Source: Bacteroidales bacterium (GTDB taxonomy: Bacteria; Bacteroidota; Bacteroidia; Bacteroidales; UBA12077). From it: a DNA stretch of 64,000 nt. The stretch's first letter is position 1; each line of letters begins with the position of its first letter. The position numbers were made by a program, and so were the translations under genes. Where the stretch lies: NCBI GenBank assembly GCA_013138975.1, contig WTBR01000003.1:2446-66445 (forward strand), read 5' to 3'. Below the pieces are notes generated by a model. The model was not told the origin of the DNA. It searched no databases and worked only from the letters and a program-made list of their open reading frames with translations. Positions 58,998-64,000 of the stretch are shown in pieces.

Positions 58998-60683
58998 ATG
59001 AAAAATTTATTAGTATTAATCAGCTCGATGACATTCTTTGTAGTTTTTTCTGCAAATTTAAATGCCAAATCATCATTGCACAGCGCAACCGTGGAAGATT
59101 CAATTTATGTTTGGACAAGTCCAGATCTATTTGATATTGCTACAACTTGGGTAAGTGCATATGAAAGCATCAATCCGGAAGCTAAAATTAATGTTTCCAA
59201 TATCCCTAATGATATGGTAAGCCATATGCTAGATAAATCTGGAAATATTGGCTTAATCACAAAAAATTACCTTCCTGCTGCGAATAAATCCATTTGGAAA
59301 ATGTCTGTAGGCAGGGATATAATTGTTCCTATAATGAATTCGAATAATCCATTTTTGGAAGAAATATTCCAGAAAGGAATTTCACAAGAGGAATTTGCGA
59401 ACGTATTTACAGATTCAAAAAAACCAACTTGGGGAATCTTACTTAATAACAAGCAGTCGATTCCTGTTAATTGCTATTACATTAATGGCGAATTAAACAA
59501 GCCTTATCTGGCTGAGTTTTTACAAACAGATCTACAGAAAATAAATGGAAGAGATGTTGATGGCATTGATGAAATGCTAAATAAAATTCAAAATGATAAA
59601 TACGCCTTAGGATACTGCAAGTTAGTTGACATATTAGATCTTGAAGGTAAGGAATTAAAAGAAGGCATAAGTCTTATACCGATTGATATTAACGGGAACG
59701 ATAAGGTAGATCTTTTTGAAAATATCTATAAAAGCTCTAACGCACTAGAAAGAGGTGTATGGATAGGAAAATACCCTAAAGTATTATACAGCAATATATA
59801 TTCTGTTGCTGGTGATCAACCGATCAATAGTAATGAACTTGCATTCCTTGAGTGGATTGTAACTGACGGTCAACAACACCTCAACTCTAATGGCTATTCT
59901 GAACTCCTTATTAGTGAAAGACAGCGTAAAGTACAAAGCATTCATGATAATCATATGACTGTAGTAGATGTTCAAAAACCTGTAAACACTACAAGCACAA
60001 CAATTATTATTGTACTTATAATAACAGGAGTGCTTTTAACTCCAATTGTATTAATGTACAGAAAATCAAAAAATCCTACAATTGTAGAAGATAAAATAAT
60101 TACTCCACAAGTTTTTAAAGAATCATCAATAGCCGCTCCAAACGGGATGTATTTTGACAAATCACATACTTGGGCCTTTATGGAAAGAGATGGATTTGTA
60201 AGAATTGGGATAGCTGATTTTCTTCAGCATGTAACTGGTCAAATTACAAATGTAAAAATGAAAAACTCTGGAGAATCAATAAAAAAAGGGGAATCATTCC
60301 TTTCCATTATCCAGCATGGTAAACAACTGGATATAAATTCACCTATCTCCGGAAAAATTAAAGAAATTAATACTCAACTGAACTTTAACTCATCTGTAAT
60401 AAATTCTTCCCCATATTCAGAAGGTTGGATATATACTATTGAATCTAATAATTGGCTTACAGAAATCAAGACTTTTTTAATGGGTGAAACATATAAAGCA
60501 TGGCTCAAAAATGAATTTTCCCGACTAAAAGATTTCTTCTCTTCTGCAATTAAACTAGAAGTTACGGATCATTTACAAGCTGTTATTCAAGATGGTGGTG
60601 AGATAAATGATAATCCAATGGAAAGTTTTGGTCCTGAGATTTGGGAAGAATTTCAAACGGAATTTATTAACAAAGCAAAATAA
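58998..60683 (+). CDS. Membrane protein: signal peptide + PstS/PBP-like periplasmic domain + 1 TM + GcvH-fold domain with a conserved C-terminal extension
   Basis: The signal is MKNLLVLISSMTFFVVFSANLNA. The PBP-like pattern is ...VGRDIIVPIMNSNNPF...GISQEEFANVF....WG. The TM helix IIIVLIITGVLLTPIVLMY is followed by RKSK. The GcvH-like region reads YFDKSHTWAF..DGFVRIGIADFLQHVTG...GKQLDINSPISGKI...SPYSEGWIYTI. It is a paralogue of 62854..63576. Confidence 0.6.
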   Translation: MKNLLVLISSMTFFVVFSANLNAKSSLHSATVEDSIYVWTSPDLFDIATTWVSAYESINPEAKINVSNIPNDMVSHMLDKSGNIGLITKNYLPAANKSIWKMSVGRDIIVPIMNSNNPFLEEIFQKGISQEEFANVFTDSKKPTWGILLNNKQSIPVNCYYINGELNKPYLAEFLQTDLQKINGRDVDGIDEMLNKIQNDKYALGYCKLVDILDLEGKELKEGISLIPIDINGNDKVDLFENIYKSSNALERGVWIGKYPKVLYSNIYSVAGDQPINSNELAFLEWIVTDGQQHLNSNGYSELLISERQRKVQSIHDNHMTVVDVQKPVNTTSTTIIIVLIITGVLLTPIVLMYRKSKNPTIVEDKIITPQVFKESSIAAPNGMYFDKSHTWAFMERDGFVRIGIADFLQHVTGQITNVKMKNSGESIKKGESFLSIIQHGKQLDINSPISGKIKEINTQLNFNSSVINSSPYSEGWIYTIESNNWLTEIKTFLMGETYKAWLKNEFSRLKDFFSSAIKLEVTDHLQAVIQDGGEINDNPMESFGPEIWEEFQTEFINKAK

Positions 60684-60737
60684 CTATAATAACTATAACA
60701 TCAATAACATATTACAAACTAAACATTAAGAAACAAT

Positions 60738-61616
60738 ATGGGTATTAATCGATTAAACTTCTTGAAAGTACTTGGTCTAACAGGCGCCACACTTGCATTT
60801 GGTAAGAAATTAAATGCAAGTCAGCCCAGCCGTACAAAGGGAGAACAAAAAGAATTCGTTGGAGTCCTTTATGACTCAACACGTTGTGTCGGATGTCAGG
60901 AATGTGAAATAGTCTGTGCGAAAGAACACGGGCTACCAGAACCTGATTCTGACGACTATCCAACAACAGAAGTTGTTAGAAAAACAAATGAGAATAGACG
61001 CTCTGTAATTAATGTGTTTAACACATCAAAAGGCGAGGTTTATGCTAAAAAGCAATGTATGCATTGTAGCGAACCTGCATGTGGTGCTGCATGCCTAACA
61101 GAAGCTATGCATAAAACTCATGAGGGACCTGTAATTTGGAGAGGTGATAAATGCATGGGTTGTCGCTATTGTATGATTTCATGTCCATTTGATGTTCCTA
61201 AATTCGAATATCAAAGTACTAATCCTGAAATTGTTAAGTGTACAATGTGTAATGAAAGGGTACAAGAAGGTGGAATTCCTGCTTGTGTTGAAAATTGTCC
61301 TGCAGAAGCATTAATGTTTGGTACAAGAAAAGACCTTCTAAAGGAAGCAAGGAAGAGAATAGTAGAAAATCCTGATTTATATTATGATCATATTTATGGT
61401 GAACATGAGGCTGGTGGTACAGAATTTCTATATTTATCACCTGTACCATTTAAAGAAATAGGATTTAAAACTAATCTTCAGAATAAATCATATCCTTCAC
61501 TAACAAAAGGTTTTATTGGAGCCATTGCTCCTGTAGATATATTGCTTCCGGCAGCTCTTTTGGGAATTTATGAAGCAACCAAGTCTAATAAAACAAAAAC
61601 GGAGGACGAAGAATGA
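60738..61616 (+). CDS. 4Fe-4S ferredoxin-type subunit, NrfC/HybA/DsrO-like, with a C-terminal TM anchor
   Basis: Four cluster motifs: CVGCQECEIVC, CMHCSEPACGAAC, CMGCRYCMISCP and CTMCNERV...CVENCP. The N-terminal INRLNFLK export-like region is a degenerate twin-arginine motif. C-terminal helix: FIGAIAPVDILLPAALLGIY. Confidence 0.8.
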   Translation: MGINRLNFLKVLGLTGATLAFGKKLNASQPSRTKGEQKEFVGVLYDSTRCVGCQECEIVCAKEHGLPEPDSDDYPTTEVVRKTNENRRSVINVFNTSKGEVYAKKQCMHCSEPACGAACLTEAMHKTHEGPVIWRGDKCMGCRYCMISCPFDVPKFEYQSTNPEIVKCTMCNERVQEGGIPACVENCPAEALMFGTRKDLLKEARKRIVENPDLYYDHIYGEHEAGGTEFLYLSPVPFKEIGFKTNLQNKSYPSLTKGFIGAIAPVDILLPAALLGIYEATKSNKTKTEDEE

Positions 61617-62842
61617 GACAAGCAATAAATATACAATCAGAAGAAAAGCGTGAAAATAAAATTTGGCCTTTTTTATTAAGTGAATTAAAGCCAAAAGGTA
61701 AAATTTTTACACCATTCAATATTATAAGTGCACCAATAATGTTGGCTGGAATTATAATTATCTTTTTAAGATTCTGGAACGGAATAGGTTCTGTTACAAA
61801 CTTATCTCAAGACGTTCCCTGGGGCCTCTGGATCGGATTTGATGTTGTAACTGGAGTTGCTTTTGCTGGTGGTGCTTATGTATTGGTATTTCTTGTCTAT
61901 ATATTAAACATGGAAAAGTATAAGCCAATCGCACGAATTACAGTTCTTAATGGATTTTTAGCTTATTTATTTTATTCAGGCGCATTATTACTTGATTTAG
62001 GTAGACCATTAAATGTTATAAATGTCGTTATTGGAAATAACTTCGGTGTTAGCTCTGTTCTATTCTTGGTAGGTTGGCATTTTTTATTGTATATGCTCGC
62101 TTTATTTCTAGAATTTTCGCCTGCAATAGCAGAATGGCTTGGTGCTCGTAAATTAAGAAAAGCACTTTCCGGATTGACTCTAGTTGCAGTTATATTTGGA
62201 ATAACATTATCTGTTTTACACCAATCCGGTATCGGTGCATTGTTTTTAATGGCTAAAGAAAAAATACATCCTTTATGGTATAATTCATATATGCCAATTA
62301 TGTTTGTTGTATCGAGTATTTTTGCTGGAATCTCCATGGTAATTTTTGAAGGTTCAATTAGCCACAAAGTATTTTCGGATCAACTTGAAGAAGGTAGCCA
62401 TGAAAAACATAATGACATCTTGCATGGCCTATCTAAGATTTGCACCGGAGGTATGTTTGTATACCTGTTTTTATTGGTGCTTATTTTTGTACACCAACAA
62501 AACTGGGAATACCTACCTACTAAAATGGGAGCTTGGTTTTTAGTAGAAGTCATTGGGTTTGTATTAACACCTATGATCTTATTCTATTATAGTTATAGAA
62601 CCAAAAAAATACTCTGGATTAAAATTGCATCTATAATGACCTTAGTTGGAATTCTCCTTAACAGAATGAATATCTCAATTATTGCTTATAAGTGGGATGC
62701 TGCTGTAAGATACATTCCTGATTGGAAAGAGTTTGTTGTTACATTCACAATTATTTTTATTGAAATTTGGATATTTAGATGGATTGTAAGGCGAATGCCT
62801 GTTATTCGTAAATCTCCATCTTGGGTTAAAGATTCACATTAA
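61613..62842 (+). CDS. NrfD/PsrC/HybB-family integral membrane (quinone-interacting) subunit
   Basis: 409 aa with about 10 TM helices and an ATGA overlap with the ferredoxin gene. The N-terminal region ...PWGLWIGFDVVTGVAFAGGAY is typical of NrfD-family proteins, by recollection. Confidence 0.7.
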   Translation: MRQAINIQSEEKRENKIWPFLLSELKPKGKIFTPFNIISAPIMLAGIIIIFLRFWNGIGSVTNLSQDVPWGLWIGFDVVTGVAFAGGAYVLVFLVYILNMEKYKPIARITVLNGFLAYLFYSGALLLDLGRPLNVINVVIGNNFGVSSVLFLVGWHFLLYMLALFLEFSPAIAEWLGARKLRKALSGLTLVAVIFGITLSVLHQSGIGALFLMAKEKIHPLWYNSYMPIMFVVSSIFAGISMVIFEGSISHKVFSDQLEEGSHEKHNDILHGLSKICTGGMFVYLFLLVLIFVHQQNWEYLPTKMGAWFLVEVIGFVLTPMILFYYSYRTKKILWIKIASIMTLVGILLNRMNISIIAYKWDAAVRYIPDWKEFVVTFTIIFIEIWIFRWIVRRMPVIRKSPSWVKDSH

Positions 62843-62853
62843 AAACATATAAT

Positions 62854-63576
62854 ATGGAAGAAAGTTTTAATTATGTAAATATTTTCGAAACAAAAGGAAT
62901 TGAATATTTAATGACAATAGCATTTTTTGCTATTCTAATTCCATTTTGGTTATATCTTAAAAATCCAAAGGCTATAAATGAAAAATTCACACAGGTTATT
63001 GGTACACTCTCTGAAAAGATCCTTAAAATACCACTAGGATTATTTTATAGTAAAAATCACACATGGATGCAATTGGAAAAATCGGGTAATGCTAAAGTAG
63101 GATTAGATGATCTACTTATGCATATTACAGGCGAAGTTAATGTAAGCAATTTTAAGCAACCTGGGGAAAAGGTTAGACCCGGGGATGTAATTGCCCAAAT
63201 TGAACAAAATGGGAAACAGTTAAACATTTCGTCTCCTATTTCCGGTGAAGTTCAAAGTGTAAATACATCTATCAATGAAGATCCTAGTATTATAAATGAA
63301 GATCCTTATGGAAAGGGATGGATTTTAAAAATAAAGCCAGAAAAATGGATTGCAGAAACTAATACATGCTTAGTGGCTGAAGATGCTGAAGAATGGTTGA
63401 AAAATGAGTTGACGAGATTTAAAGATTTTGTTGCCTCTTCCATGGGTAATCTATCTCCAGAGCCATCTATGACAATCTTACAAGACGGTGGTGAATTATC
63501 AGACAATCCACTATCGGGGATGCCGAACGAGGTTTGGAAAGACTTTCAAACAAAGTTTCTTGACCAAATAGGCTGA
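62854..63576 (+). CDS. Single-TM membrane-anchored GcvH-fold protein (paralogue of the C-terminal half of 58998..60683)
   Basis: The TM helix LMTIAFFAILIPFWLYL is followed by KNPK. The GcvH-like region reads YSKNHTWMQLE..AKVGLDDLLMHITGE...GKQLNISSPISGEV...DPYGKGWILKIK. It shares the extension ...LQDGGELSDNP...EVWKDFQTKF. Confidence 0.65.
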   Translation: MEESFNYVNIFETKGIEYLMTIAFFAILIPFWLYLKNPKAINEKFTQVIGTLSEKILKIPLGLFYSKNHTWMQLEKSGNAKVGLDDLLMHITGEVNVSNFKQPGEKVRPGDVIAQIEQNGKQLNISSPISGEVQSVNTSINEDPSIINEDPYGKGWILKIKPEKWIAETNTCLVAEDAEEWLKNELTRFKDFVASSMGNLSPEPSMTILQDGGELSDNPLSGMPNEVWKDFQTKFLDQIG

Positions 63577-63672
63577 AAAACATAAATTTAAATAGTGTTG
63601 ATTAAGAGCTTTTATGTAACTTTAGTTCATCTTAATAACACAAAAAGGACTAGATTAATAAGCAATAAAAAT

Positions 63673-63706
63673 GGGGGAAGGCGAACTATTCAGGGAGCCT
63701 TCTCCC
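63673..63706 (+). terminator. Hairpin after the operon (weak terminator candidate)
   Basis: gggggaaggc-N14-gccttctccc forms a roughly 9-bp stem with one bulge. It is followed by tatatgtt rather than a clean T-run. Confidence 0.35.
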
Positions 63707-63758
63707 TATATGTTAATATACAAAAGAGTAATATTAACTCACATAATAATTCGATTCG

Positions 63759-64000
63759 ATGATGGAGGGACGTTCAAAAAAATTCTTTAAGAGATTACTA
63801 GAAATCGAAACATTGAAAAAATTTACCAGATTCAAATCTTCCATATATGGCCGCGTAGTATTTATAATTACTGGAGCATTAATTGTCCTTTTTATTCTTT
63901 TCAATATTGTTTTCCGATCCGTTTATGGTAATTTTTTTAATACTAATGTTCACCAAAATGGCGATAACATCAGCTCTATTGTAGAGGGAGCATTATATTA
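63759..64000 (+). CDS. Membrane protein, 3' end outside window (possibly a sensor protein)
   Basis: An open frame from ATG 63759 to the window end: MMEGRSKKFFKRLLEIETLKKF...GRVVFIITGALIVLFILFNIVF... has a basic N-terminus and one TM, like the start of many sensor kinases. No catalytic domain is visible, so the function is a guess. Confidence 0.4.
   Translation, partial: MMEGRSKKFFKRLLEIETLKKFTRFKSSIYGRVVFIITGALIVLFILFNIVFRSVYGNFFNTNVHQNGDNISSIVEGALY

Noticed and set aside
63671-63787. A 38-codon ORF (MGEGELFREPSPYMLIYKRV...) overlapping the post-operon hairpin and the start of the downstream gene.
   Set aside because: It sits in a different frame from the long open frame starting at 63759 and is formed largely by the hairpin sequence. 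There is no supporting signal.
1-64000. CRISPR arrays, rRNA genes, intact insertion sequences, integrases, SusC/SusD-type PUL pairs and restriction-modification or known defence genes.
   Set aside because: I looked for regularly spaced direct repeats, long GC-richer non-coding blocks and the corresponding protein signatures in the ORF track. None was found.

Overview
This 64-kb window comes from a low-GC chromosome that looks like Bacteroidota. The clues are a FISUMP-domain protein, a type III glutamine synthetase, DUF2851/DUF3109/DUF4294-like proteins, TAnnTTTG -7 promoter boxes and lipoprotein-type signal peptides. The taxon is an inference, not a database result. Most of the window is ordinary housekeeping: gcvP, pcm, sucC, rpsO-pnp, pyrF, prfA, purM-like, GSIII, gpmI, a prolyl oligopeptidase, M16 and M20 peptidases, a GH2 beta-mannosidase, a ROK kinase, one tRNA-Phe, transporters and a hybrid sensor kinase. 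No rRNA, CRISPR array, intact IS, integrase or prophage is visible.

Three things stand out:
1. The intergenic DNA holds at least three families of small palindromic interspersed repeats. One is a ~160-bp element present four times in the same orientation, with compensatory stem substitutions. Two repeat copies supply the stop codons of upstream genes. A C-terminal remnant of an IS200/IS605-type Y1 transposase lies nearby.
2. A short accessory-looking operon sits next to tRNA-Phe. It encodes two ~60-aa proteins and a pentapeptide-like membrane protein, and contains a conspicuous GC-rich GGUG-repeat spacer.
3. The best candidate for an undescribed system is a four-gene operon at 58998-63576. 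An orphan NrfC/NrfD-type (HybA/HybB-like) iron-sulfur/quinone module is bracketed by two membrane-anchored GcvH-fold paralogues. One paralogue is fused to a periplasmic PstS-like binding domain. A 950-bp leader with palindromic operator-like sites precedes the operon, and a membrane (possibly sensor) protein gene follows it and runs off the window.

All family assignments come from reading the translations by eye. No searches were run.
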